From: an archaeon
GTDB taxonomy: Archaea > SpSt-1190 > DYHY01
NCBI GenBank assembly: GCA_037442745.1
Contig: JBBIPP010000004.1
Coordinates: forward strand, 16,027-80,026
DNA length: 64,000 nucleotides
Direction: 5' to 3'
Shown: piece by piece, positions 8,189 to 17,565 of the stretch
Numbering within the stretch: the first letter of the stretch is position 1
Layout: every line of letters begins with the position of its first letter
Position numbers and translations under genes: made by a program
The notes under the pieces: model-generated
The model's database searches: none
Seen by the model: the letters and a program-made list of their open reading frames with translations, nothing else
Told to the model about the DNA's origin: nothing

Positions 8189-10072
8189 TTAAATCTCTAT
8201 TCTTCTTTCCGGTAGTTTCCTGCCGTCAATGAGAACGCCTCCGTCAGAACTTATTTTCAGATGGCAGGACCTTCCCGCTATTTTTCCAACCCGCTCTATT
8301 TCGCCGAATTCCCCGTTCCTCGGAGAGAAAGATATTTCCCCTTTCCTAGGGTCTGGCGTTATTCCGAACACGCAGTCGTCAAATATTCTCGGGACAATTG
8401 AAGAGCTCCACGATTGGGTTACGGCCCCTTGCGGATTCCCCTCCCCGTCGTAGAGCTCATCTAGGGAGGCAAAGCACCTTTTTCCGAGATTTCCAGAAAG
8501 GATTTTCAAATATTCCTTGCCTTTCCGGTCCCGGCCAAGCCTGAACTCTGAGAGGGACATTAGGGCTGTTGTCAGGTTCCAGACAGCTCCAGTGTGATAG
8601 CCGGAACCGTTGAAATTGCTGTTTCTTCTTGAGGCCGTCCTTACTCCCCAAGAAGTTGAAAATTCCCCCGACTCTAGGATGTCTAGCGCGTCCAGGCACG
8701 CCTCCTTTCCCTTTTCCGGGATTTCTGAAAAAGCGAGGCCGAACAGTACGTTTGACGAAAGGATATTCTCGCTGAATCCCCCCAAAGTGTCGAGGAAAAG
8801 ACCATTTTCAGGACTCTTGAAACTTTCAAAAGCCCTCTCAATGAGAGCCCTTCCTTTAGATTCGAAAGACTTGTCCCCGAGAAGAATTCCTCCCTGCCTC
8901 AAAGCTTCCCCCCACAGGAACTGGATTTCAATTGCTCTTCCGCTCCTCTCAATCGAATCCATCCAAGTTGTCCAATGGAGAAGCGGTTCAAAGCAAGATC
9001 CCCGGTCAGTTTCCGAGAATCCGTCTGAATCTACATCGGTTTTTCCAAAGAACTCACACGCCTTTGAAATTCGCCCGAGGTCAATTTCGCTTCCCCCAGA
9101 CCATTTCCAAAAATCAATTGCGGAAAGAACGAAGAGCGGAGTTGTGTCAGCGCCGGAATAGTCGGTTTTCCCCGCAAAGTTCGGGATGCACCCGTCCTTC
9201 CTTTGGGATTCGCCGATTTTTTTCAGGAAATTGTCGGCGAGGGAATATTCCCCCGCCCTTGAGAGCGCAGGAATTGAGATGCAGGCATCCCTTGTCCAAA
9301 ACTCCGTGAAATATGGAAAGCCAGCAAAATAACCGCGTTCAGAGGAAAATCCCCTCGCCGCAGAAATTGCGGAATTTCCGAGTTCTCCGATATTTCCCAT
9401 TCCGAAATAATGTATTTTTGGGGAGTTTCCAGTTCTCGGAATTAGAGATTGCCCGAGAGCTATTGAGAACCCGCACTCATTTTCTGGGAAAGACCCTTTC
9501 AGCCTTATCACAAGGCAGTTCTGGGGGCTCTCGTTGAAATATTTCCATCCAACTTGTTCAGAGACCTCCCCCGGATAATGGATTTTCTCAAAGCTCTCTG
9601 AAATTGAAAACCCGGACAATCCCGATATTTCAATCCTCCTTTCTTTTGACCGGGATTCTGCCATGAGAACCCCTCCATTGAGGGAAACTAATTTTCCAGG
9701 ACAAGCAGTCATGTTATCAGACGCCCTTCTCATGTTGATTCCGAGTTCTATTTCCCAATGAGCTTTCTGTTTCTTTGATTTTGCTAGAGCCCCGAAAAAA
9801 AGCCCGCCTTCTTTCCTTTCAATATGGGAATATTCCGAAAAATCCCCGCCTAAATAGGATATTTTCGCTTTGCAATCGGAAAGACTGCCTGAAAATCCCG
9901 AGAAATTCCCCGGCGATAGCCAAGTTTCCCCGCATTTGAACGCCCAGTAATCGAGTATTTTGTCAGAGCAGTCCCACAAGCCCATCCATTTTGAGCCGAA
10001 TCCGCCGTTGTTGAACCTGAAATAGAACTTCCCCTCGCAGGGAATCAAGTGGCAGATTGACTTGTCTAGCAT
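8189..10072 (-). CDS. Amylo-alpha-1,6-glucosidase / glycogen-debranching-enzyme-like (GDE_C, six-hairpin glycosidase)
   Basis: 627-aa ORF with FPYFTEFWTRDACISIPAL and later WGVRTAS...GYHTGAVW segments typical of archaeal GDE-type proteins. Overlaps the glycogen synthase gene by 7 nt. Confidence 0.7.
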   Translation of the reverse strand: MLDKSICHLIPCEGKFYFRFNNGGFGSKWMGLWDCSDKILDYWAFKCGETWLSPGNFSGFSGSLSDCKAKISYLGGDFSEYSHIERKEGGLFFGALAKSKKQKAHWEIELGINMRRASDNMTACPGKLVSLNGGVLMAESRSKERRIEISGLSGFSISESFEKIHYPGEVSEQVGWKYFNESPQNCLVIRLKGSFPENECGFSIALGQSLIPRTGNSPKIHYFGMGNIGELGNSAISAARGFSSERGYFAGFPYFTEFWTRDACISIPALSRAGEYSLADNFLKKIGESQRKDGCIPNFAGKTDYSGADTTPLFVLSAIDFWKWSGGSEIDLGRISKACEFFGKTDVDSDGFSETDRGSCFEPLLHWTTWMDSIERSGRAIEIQFLWGEALRQGGILLGDKSFESKGRALIERAFESFKSPENGLFLDTLGGFSENILSSNVLFGLAFSEIPEKGKEACLDALDILESGEFSTSWGVRTASRRNSNFNGSGYHTGAVWNLTTALMSLSEFRLGRDRKGKEYLKILSGNLGKRCFASLDELYDGEGNPQGAVTQSWSSSIVPRIFDDCVFGITPDPRKGEISFSPRNGEFGEIERVGKIAGRSCHLKISSDGGVLIDGRKLPERRIEI

Positions 10073-11901
10073 TTTCCGAATTCCTTTTCAGCCCTCTTGC
10101 ACGCAATTTCGTACGCGGAGACATAATTCCCTATCTGTATTTCCCAGTCAAGCGCCTTTATCATCTCAAGCGCGTTCTTTTTGACCTCTTCCAGCTCTTC
10201 CTCCGAAAGATTGGCGAGAGTCTCCAAAATCGAAGCTATTTCCGAAGAAATCTGCTCGTCAGTCTTCCCAAGAGTCTCCACAACGCTCACTCCGGGAACC
10301 TTTCCGGGCAACGGCTTTCCGAACCTGGTCGCAATGAACTTTCCGAATCCAGAATAGTCGGTTGTTATTGAAGCGTTCCCGGAGACTGCGGCCTCAACAG
10401 GAGTGTAGCCGAATGGCTCGTACCTTGATGGGAAGACTCCAATGTCGCAACCGGCCATCACCTCGTCATATTCTAGGTTGAGGAGCCCGTCCCCCGGCTT
10501 TAGATACGTCGGGTAGAATATTATCTTGACTCTTGTCCCCTTTCCGTTCGAGAGGCCCTCGGATGAGATTCTCGAGAGTATTGCGTCTCCGGAATAGTTC
10601 AGGTCAAAGGCAGAGTTTTTCGCGTTCCCAAAAGCGACAATGTTTTTCCGTAGCGCGGCTATTTCCCTGAACGCCTTGTCGCTCTCAGCCAGTTTCAGGA
10701 TTTCGTTCAAGGGGAGTTTTTTCCCGGACACCTCCTCCGCATTCTCCCTCATTCTGTCGACAATTCCGAGATTCAGGAGAATCTCCTTATTCGGGCCGGA
10801 AATGTTTGACGGGACGAAGATGAGGAAATAGAGCTCCTTTGGAAGCCTCCTTTTCAGGAGCTTTCCTGCGGCTGAGATGAAATAGTCGATTCCCTTGTTC
10901 TCGAACTCGTATCTGGCAGTGAGATATATGAAAAGGGCGTTGTCCGTTCTTGGAACCTCCTCTTCCTGGAGAAACATTGCATGAACAAGGTTCTCTATTT
11001 CCTCGCGCTTGGGCGCCCGCTTCTCCCGGGAAATCGCGCCTTTTGAGAGGGAAATCCCGTTCAGGGTTATCACGTCAGGCTTCTTTCCGAGAATGTATTC
11101 AACTTCTCTTCCGACAGTTTCGCTAACTGTTGTGAAGACGTGGGCGTTTTTCGCGCACGCAACCTCTAAAAAGTGCTTGCCTTCTAACTTGAACCTGTAA
11201 GCTTCGTCAGGTTGCGCTGTTTTTCCAGTCGCAAGCCCTTCTTCCACAACTCTCGATAGGTTCTCGCCGAAGGTCGTTTTGCTCCGCCCCAGAACTGTCG
11301 CATGCGTTGTGAAGACGGTTCCTGTGGGGACTTTTCTCGAACGGAGATAAAGAAGGCCAGCCCCTGATATCCATTCGTGGAAATGGCAAGAAACTCTCTT
11401 TCCGCGGAAACGGGTCCCCTCAGATGTCAGAAGAGCCTCAATTGTCACTCCGACTGCAGTCGACCAAATGACGTTTTCGTTGAAATCCCCAGACATGAAA
11501 ATGGAGTCAACGCCCCAATCCTTCCAGAGAGTGTGCTTGATTGCGTTTATTTTGAAGTCCTTTTCCTTGCCATAAGGGACGCTCTCTTGCCTTTTTCCGA
11601 ATTCCCAAGGATCAACAAGAATTAGCTTTGCTCCGTTCCCGTTCGTCCATTTTCCGAGCCTGCATTTTATTGAATGCTCTTTCTCAAGAGAACTGAACAC
11701 CTTTGCGAAATCCTCAGGAACAGGGAGCTCCTCTTGGAATTCCTCCTTTGCGGAAACAAGGTCATAGCGCCCGAAAAGGAAATAGTTTTCAATTCCGAAT
11801 TTCCCTATTGCGCTAGCTGATTTTGTTTTGAGAACAGTGTATATTCCACCGACTTTCCGGCCAGCTTCAGAAGATATTTCAAAAACGAAATCAGGAGCCA
11901 T
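10066..11901 (-). CDS. Glycogen synthase, GT3 (eukaryote-like) type
   Basis: 611-aa ORF. N-terminus FEISSEAGRKVGGIYTVLKTKS matches the GT3 signature (FEv.wEv.nKVGGIYTV). C-terminal FPSRYEPFGYTPVEA. Confidence 0.8.
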   Translation of the reverse strand: MAPDFVFEISSEAGRKVGGIYTVLKTKSASAIGKFGIENYFLFGRYDLVSAKEEFQEELPVPEDFAKVFSSLEKEHSIKCRLGKWTNGNGAKLILVDPWEFGKRQESVPYGKEKDFKINAIKHTLWKDWGVDSIFMSGDFNENVIWSTAVGVTIEALLTSEGTRFRGKRVSCHFHEWISGAGLLYLRSRKVPTGTVFTTHATVLGRSKTTFGENLSRVVEEGLATGKTAQPDEAYRFKLEGKHFLEVACAKNAHVFTTVSETVGREVEYILGKKPDVITLNGISLSKGAISREKRAPKREEIENLVHAMFLQEEEVPRTDNALFIYLTARYEFENKGIDYFISAAGKLLKRRLPKELYFLIFVPSNISGPNKEILLNLGIVDRMRENAEEVSGKKLPLNEILKLAESDKAFREIAALRKNIVAFGNAKNSAFDLNYSGDAILSRISSEGLSNGKGTRVKIIFYPTYLKPGDGLLNLEYDEVMAGCDIGVFPSRYEPFGYTPVEAAVSGNASITTDYSGFGKFIATRFGKPLPGKVPGVSVVETLGKTDEQISSEIASILETLANLSEEELEEVKKNALEMIKALDWEIQIGNYVSAYEIACKRAEKEFGKC

Positions 11902-12027
11902 TTTTACACTGGAATGCTTTACAAGTATAAAGTGTTTTTCGCCGGAAGAGGCGTTCCAATCCCTTGTTTTCCAAAAAGACTATAAACAACCGGTCTGAAA
12001 GTTTACTTGGTAGGGTGACAAGAAATA

Positions 12028-12585
12028 ATGGCAGATGTTTTTTGGCTAAATAAAGCAGATTTCCAGCCTGTCGCAAAAGTGACGACAGCTCTTGAAATGG
12101 CATATGCTCTCAGGAAAGCTCCCAAAGAAGTTGTTTTCCATCACCTGACAGCGAAGAAGAACGATTTCGCTAATTGGGCTCTTAATTCACTGAAGAACCC
12201 TGATTTGGCTGCAAAGCTCTCAGAAATAAGGCACACTGATTTGGGGGCTCTTGAGAAGCTGATAGTTGCGTTTGAGGGGAAACCCGAGGGCCGAACTGAA
12301 GTGAGGTCTGCACCCGAAGGTGCAGGGAAACCCGAGGGCCGACCCGAGGTCAAACAAACCAATCAGGAAAAAGCGCAGGCACCAGTCCAAGCGCCAATTC
12401 CAGCCAAAATGTCCGCGCCCGGCTTGGCCGGAGGCTTTGCCGGAGGCTTCCCTAGCAAGAGCGCAAAAGAGCTAGATTCTAACAGGCCCCATCCCCAGGC
12501 AGAGGAGCTAAAAAGGCAGTCAGCCCTCTCATCATCTTCAACACATTCAATTGGCCCGTTCAACCTTCCAAGAAAGAAGAAATAG
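12028..12585 (+). CDS. Hypothetical protein; N-terminal domain resembles the DUF5752-type module found next to alpha-glucan genes; C-terminal low-complexity PEGR/PA repeats
   Basis: 185-aa ORF. FWLNKADFQPVAKVTTALEMAYALRKAPKEVVFHHLTAKKNDFANWAL pattern, with GKPEGR repeated. The DUF assignment is from memory only. Confidence 0.55.
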   Translation: MADVFWLNKADFQPVAKVTTALEMAYALRKAPKEVVFHHLTAKKNDFANWALNSLKNPDLAAKLSEIRHTDLGALEKLIVAFEGKPEGRTEVRSAPEGAGKPEGRPEVKQTNQEKAQAPVQAPIPAKMSAPGLAGGFAGGFPSKSAKELDSNRPHPQAEELKRQSALSSSSTHSIGPFNLPRKKK

Positions 12586-12626
12586 AACTGCCGTTCCCGT
12601 GAATTTTCTAAAAATTTCAATAGCAA

Positions 12627-12893
12627 TTATTTCTTTATTACAACAGAGTTCCCGATTGACTCCCCGGGAAGACCCTTGTCAAAGCGCACCCGAAGAGCTC
12701 CCTTTGCGCCATGAGAGTGTGTTGCAGTCCCGGTAATTGAGGTCTTTCCGTTTGTCCAGGTAACCCTCGCCCCAATAAGTTCTTTGGAGTCGTCCTTGCT
12801 CTTTGCGCCGACAGGCATTACAACCATCTGGTTCGGCTTTCTCTTCGTTTTGTAGGAGCCCCTGTAATTGACAATTACTCCGGATTTTTCCAT
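12627..12893 (-). CDS. rpl35ae: Ribosomal protein eL33 (L35Ae)
   Basis: 88-aa ORF. NYRGSYKTKRKPNQMVV ... GALRVRFDKGLPG is typical of L35Ae. Confidence 0.85.
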   Translation of the reverse strand: MEKSGVIVNYRGSYKTKRKPNQMVVMPVGAKSKDDSKELIGARVTWTNGKTSITGTATHSHGAKGALRVRFDKGLPGESIGNSVVIKK

Positions 12894-12990
12894 TGCGTTA
12901 GTCGGGATTTTTCGGAGGTTTTTAAGTCTTTTCTAGGGGCTTTTCTCTCGGGTTTCCTAGGAAAAAATCCGAACAATTTTTAACCAGGAC

Positions 12991-13605
12991 GTGTTTTTGA
13001 CTATCAAATGGTCACAAAATCAACGCGGGTTCAATATAATGACTATTCCCGTCCTTGGAGCTTCCGCTATTGGGACTAAAAAACTCCGGCGCCAACAGAG
13101 CGAGTTCCCGGCTTTGAAAACCGGTCAATTTGTCAATGTATATGACAGGGAAACCCTTGTCTCTTCTTTTGGAACATATGGCTTCAATTACTAGCCAACG
13201 AAACCCCTTCTTTCTCCGTCAAAGCCTGATGCAGTTCACGTGGAAGAGGCAATTGTCTTAGGAATTTTGAGACAGCTCAATCCGAAACTAACTGCCAAAA
13301 TAAAGGTTTTCGCAATTGCAACGGATGCTGATCCGGAGTTCCCTTGCGGGAATTGCAGGGAAATTCTCAAGCAGTTCGTTTTTCCGGACTCTATAGTTGT
13401 CTCTGGAAATGCCCTTACGGGTGAAGCGAAAGCAGTCAAATATTCGGAGCTTGTTTGTGAAGTCTTCCCCCTTGCCGAGAAAGGAAAGCTAGCAGGAATT
13501 CCAATTGAAAAGGCTCTTCAGGAATATTCTAGGCTCTCATCGAGAAAAGAGCCTCGGGAGTTCTTTCCCTTGCATATGGAAAAGAGGGACCGACTGCTTT
13601 CTTGA
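12991..13605 (+). pseudogene. Cytidine/deoxycytidine deaminase-like gene interrupted by an in-frame TAG (13192-13194)
   Basis: ORFs 12991..13194 and 13240..13605 share one frame, separated only by the TAG. Zinc/catalytic motifs lie downstream of the stop: HVEE (H/C-A-E equivalent) and PCGNCRE (PCxxC). Confidence 0.6.
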
Positions 13606-13704
13606 TTGAGATTAAAAATTGCAAGCAAGTATGCCGGACGGGACGGGTTTCTGGCAGTCTCGGGAACTGCCGAAAAGTTCATTCCCTATCCCTTTTCCCT
13701 CTGA

Positions 13705-15045
13705 TTATTTCTTCTCAGGTTCCCCGTCCTTTTTGGGAAGAACAACGTTTGAGAGGTCAACTAGAGCTCTTCCGGGGAACTCTACTCCCGCCCTGTCAAT
13801 TCCGGAAAGGATTGCTGGGTCAAGGCTCTTGAAAACGAGCTGAATCAGTCCGGTTGTGACAATTGGTTTGAATGTGTTGTTCTCAAGGCTTGAAAAAAGG
13901 TTCTTCGATTCCGTCTTCTGGAACGCGCCCAGTTTCCCTTCAGTTATCTGGGAGATTAGAACAGTTTCCAAGTTCTTTCCGACATAGACTGCCGAGAAAA
14001 TCGATTTCTCAAAGAGCCATGCATATCCCCGCTTGTCCTCCTTTCCGTATGTCCAGAAAATCTTCGGGGTTGTTTTTATTTTCTCCTTGACATCGTCCGC
14101 CCGTTTTTTCCCGTTCATAAGTTCCTTGACGTTAGTCTCCATATATGCGAGGAACTTGTCGCACTTTTTCTTCACTTCAGCGACCTTGTCCGGGGACATG
14201 TCCTTTATTTCTCCGTGCTCAATTCCCTTGTGGAGCTTGATTATTTCATCAAGAATGTCCGGATATTCCGAAGGGAGCGTTCCGCTCTCAACGAAATATT
14301 TCCGCATTACTGGCGCAAGCTCAGGGACTTCTCCAGGAGGCATTCCGGATGCCATCAAATAGGCGTTCGCAGACCAAGTTGCCGCCCTATACATCCTCTC
14401 AATTGCCCAGTTCATATAGTCAGTTACCTTGGTAAGGTATGATTTCGCTCCGTCAATGCTCTTGAAAATAGCTTCATTGGATGGCTTTATTGCTCCTGAA
14501 ACGAGAAGCCTGTTCATTGGCTTGTAGAACCCTCCATCATAAACAGGAATTCCGGTTCGGAGATAGTTGAAGAAAAGGGCATCGCCGTTCCGTATATAGT
14601 CCCAGAATTCGGTAAGAGTATGGAGCTGGATATGTATTTCCTTGTCAATCTGGGTTCCCAACTCCTGCATCTGGTTATGGAGAGAGTCCCTGAGGGGCTG
14701 GTCAATTGGTTTGTCCGATTCAGTGTCGTCAATTATTACAAGAACGTCAATATCCGAGCCGACTGTATAGTTCCCGCGAGCGAACGAGCCGAAAACAACA
14801 ACCGCTTTTACGTATTTCCCGAATTTTTCCCGAAGCTTTGCGGAATAGTCCTTTACTTTGTTCATTGCCCCTTTCAGAATTAATTGGCGCTTTTTTTTCG
14901 CTTTTTCAAGCTGGGCAGGACCAAGAGGTTTTTTTCCTCTCCCTGATTCAGGGTTTGTTTGGGCAATTACCTTGTTTTCCTCATTCTCCTTGGACGTGTT
15001 TGGAACATTATTTGCATTGGCGTTATTTTCAAAAGATTCTGCCAT
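13705..15045 (-). CDS. Pol-beta-superfamily nucleotidyltransferase fused to a helical (KNTase_C/HEPN-like) domain and a ~150-aa unknown C-terminal domain
   Basis: 446-aa ORF. NTase motif VVFGSFARGNYTVGSDIDVLVIIDD, a low-complexity N/K-rich N-terminus, then a helical region (AKSYLTKVTDYMNWAIERMYRAATWSANAYL). Confidence 0.7.
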   Translation of the reverse strand: MAESFENNANANNVPNTSKENEENKVIAQTNPESGRGKKPLGPAQLEKAKKKRQLILKGAMNKVKDYSAKLREKFGKYVKAVVVFGSFARGNYTVGSDIDVLVIIDDTESDKPIDQPLRDSLHNQMQELGTQIDKEIHIQLHTLTEFWDYIRNGDALFFNYLRTGIPVYDGGFYKPMNRLLVSGAIKPSNEAIFKSIDGAKSYLTKVTDYMNWAIERMYRAATWSANAYLMASGMPPGEVPELAPVMRKYFVESGTLPSEYPDILDEIIKLHKGIEHGEIKDMSPDKVAEVKKKCDKFLAYMETNVKELMNGKKRADDVKEKIKTTPKIFWTYGKEDKRGYAWLFEKSIFSAVYVGKNLETVLISQITEGKLGAFQKTESKNLFSSLENNTFKPIVTTGLIQLVFKSLDPAILSGIDRAGVEFPGRALVDLSNVVLPKKDGEPEKK

Positions 15046-15214
15046 GATTTTCGCTTTTTTTCAAGCAAAAGGACTATTAAAGGGTTTCTCACAAAATAGG
15101 TCTTTTTGACGGCCAGTTAGTTAATTTTTCACTTATTAGTAGCAATGTTTAAAAGGTTCGAGTGCCTAGTTAGTATATCTCCCAAAACCAGACAATAGAA
15201 AAGAGGCGAATTGA

Positions 15215-16144
15215 ATGGCAAAAAAGGACGAGGCCGAAGAAAAGAAGCCAGATGTTTATTTTGATGTCCTGACTTCCTTGGTTTCCGCCCCCGATCAAGG
15301 CCACGCAATTCTAAGTAAACAATATAGGTTCGACCATGAAACCGGAGAACAGATTCCTAGCGAGCTAGTGTTAGCGGTTTCCAAATATATTGCGAAGAAG
15401 ACTGGCGGTATCAAGGAAACAATTGAGAAAATTCTTCCGACCCTTTGGGGAGTGGAGTTCTACCAGCCAATAATTGAGGGCGCTCTTGCGCTTCAGACCC
15501 CTGAGCTGAAACAATTCGTCAATTCAGATGGCGTTCTTGACCGGGAGAAAGTTGTAGCGTTCCTGGCAACTGAGCAAGAAGAGGGCGAGAAAGTCGGAGT
15601 GGAAGCATACAAATTGGCGGGGAAGATTGAGTCAGCCGTTTCTGAACGGAAGACGGAAATTGAGAATAAGATTGCTTCTTTCCTGAAACAATATAAGGAA
15701 GCTGCACAAAAAGGCTATTCGGAGCTTACAAAGCTAGAGAAAGACTCGCCCGAATACAAGGCGCTCGAAGCCCGGCTCGGTAAAATGGAGGCGAATGCAG
15801 ATTCTTATTTGTCCAACCTCAGACGTTCAATTGAAGCTCTCCAAGGGAGCGAAACAAAAGATGGAATCGGGGCAATGGAAGCGCGCTCAATAAAGTCTGT
15901 TGGAGAGGATATTATTGGCTCCGTAGTACGGGCAGGAAAAGCAAAATACGCCCTTGGAGAAACTGTTACATATGCCGACGTTCTCGGACTCGGGCGCGAG
16001 TTAAAAAACATAATGAAAGTCTCAAAGAACATGCTGGCTGAAGCCAAAGACAAGATGACCAGATATATGGACGAAGTAGTTTCCAAGGCGGACGCAGTTG
16101 TTGCGAATGCATCAAAATACAAGGCACCTGCCCTTGCTTATTAG
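15215..16144 (+). CDS. Hypothetical coiled-coil-rich protein
   Basis: 309-aa ORF with an ATG start preceded by AAAGAGG and no recognisable motif. Its long K/E/A-rich central region looks helical. Confidence 0.6.
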   Translation: MAKKDEAEEKKPDVYFDVLTSLVSAPDQGHAILSKQYRFDHETGEQIPSELVLAVSKYIAKKTGGIKETIEKILPTLWGVEFYQPIIEGALALQTPELKQFVNSDGVLDREKVVAFLATEQEEGEKVGVEAYKLAGKIESAVSERKTEIENKIASFLKQYKEAAQKGYSELTKLEKDSPEYKALEARLGKMEANADSYLSNLRRSIEALQGSETKDGIGAMEARSIKSVGEDIIGSVVRAGKAKYALGETVTYADVLGLGRELKNIMKVSKNMLAEAKDKMTRYMDEVVSKADAVVANASKYKAPALAY

Positions 16145-16160
16145 ACAATATCCTCTTCGC

Positions 16161-17081
16161 TTATTTCTTGAGAGCAGAATCGCAGACCGCGCCCATACTC
16201 TCGACCAATTTCCAGACGGAATCCTTCCAATAGCGGAGCTCTTCTGGCGAGACTTCCATTTTCTGGCGATGGACAATTGATTTCATCAGGTCAAAGATGC
16301 CTTTGTAAGTCTTCCTGTCCTCTTCAGTCCCGATTCCCGTTCTCTCCATTTCTTCAGAAATCTTGTCCGGGCTTGCAGGTGTCGAGCCTTTGGTCATCAG
16401 GGCGGAATGGGTTACCTCCACCGCCGCCCAATAGAGGCTTGTTGCGGCAACAGTTGTTGCGTTCGAATAGTCGTTCATATGGTAGAGCGCCCTGTTCCGG
16501 CCGAGCTCAATTGCCTCGTCAGTCGGCCTGATTTTTCCGTGCTTTAGGAGGAGCTTCATTGGGGCGAAGAAACCGGCGTCAACAATTGGAAGCCCGGTCC
16601 TCAGAATGTTTATTATCAATGGGTCCCCTCTTCTGACAGTGTCGAAGAACTCCGAAAGCGAGACTGTCGTAACATGGAATTTCAGGGCAGATCCCTCTTT
16701 TCTTAAAATAGTCTCAAGCTCCCTGTTGTAGAATGCTATTATTTCCGGAGTGAGCTCAACCGAAGCATCGTCCAAAATTACCATTATGTCAATATCGCTT
16801 TTCTCGTTAATGTTCCCCCGGGCGAACGAGCCGAAAACTGCAATGCTCTTGATTAGTGAGCCGAACTCCTTTACAACCTTGAGGGAAAAGTCGTAGACAA
16901 GAGTTATCTCTTTCAATGCAACGTGCCGGAGGCCTTCTTCCGTTTTATGGGAGTCAAAGACGCTTTGCCTGTTGATTGCGTTCGGGATGTCGAAGGTCTT
17001 TTCGCCCGTTTTAACCTTGACAATTGTTGGAGTTTTCTTTTTCTTCGCGGGTTTCCTTGATTTCGGTTTGTTTTTTGCCAT
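16161..17081 (-). CDS. Pol-beta-superfamily nucleotidyltransferase fused to a HEPN-like helical domain; Lys-rich N-terminal tail
   Basis: 306-aa ORF. AVFGSFARGNINEKSDIDIMVILDD, a downstream RNRALYH (fits R-x4-6-H), and N-terminus MAKNKPKSRKPAKKKKT. Confidence 0.7.
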   Translation of the reverse strand: MAKNKPKSRKPAKKKKTPTIVKVKTGEKTFDIPNAINRQSVFDSHKTEEGLRHVALKEITLVYDFSLKVVKEFGSLIKSIAVFGSFARGNINEKSDIDIMVILDDASVELTPEIIAFYNRELETILRKEGSALKFHVTTVSLSEFFDTVRRGDPLIINILRTGLPIVDAGFFAPMKLLLKHGKIRPTDEAIELGRNRALYHMNDYSNATTVAATSLYWAAVEVTHSALMTKGSTPASPDKISEEMERTGIGTEEDRKTYKGIFDLMKSIVHRQKMEVSPEELRYWKDSVWKLVESMGAVCDSALKK

Positions 17082-17565
17082 TTTGACGAATTGCCTGCAC
17101 CCACTATGTCAATTTGCTTAATATCCTTTTTCATTGGAGGCGGTGTTTTCGCAGGCAATCTGGTTGTTTGTTAAAAACTTTTTTTAAGCAATTTTCACCA
17201 ATTTTCTAAACCTTTTTTGAATTGTTAATTAATGGGCGACGGCGATTTGGGGGATTATTGCTGGGACTAGGGATATTGATGAGGCGCCTAATTGACACGA
17301 AGAGGAGCGGGAGCTTAGCCAGTCGAACACAAGAAAAGGACGCCTGAGGAAGCAGACATATTAACCGGAACAGGAGTATGAATCCTCTGTCAAAAGAGAC
17401 ACTAATGAAGAAGTGAAATTTACTGGCGGACCATATACGCTTGCCGAAAATTGTGCACGGAAAAGATATTCATATTTGCTTGACCTAGTAGAAACTCTGA
17501 AACTGGAATCGGCGGATTTGACCAGATAACCGCCCTAACCTGATACATTCCTTACGATTAGGCGC

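Noticed and set aside
12991-13605. Genome-wide reassignment of TAG as a sense codon
   Set aside because: thrS (2106-2108), kae1 (2485-2487, minus strand) and the ASCH gene (6160-6162) all terminate on TAG exactly where their families end. TAG is therefore a normal stop here.
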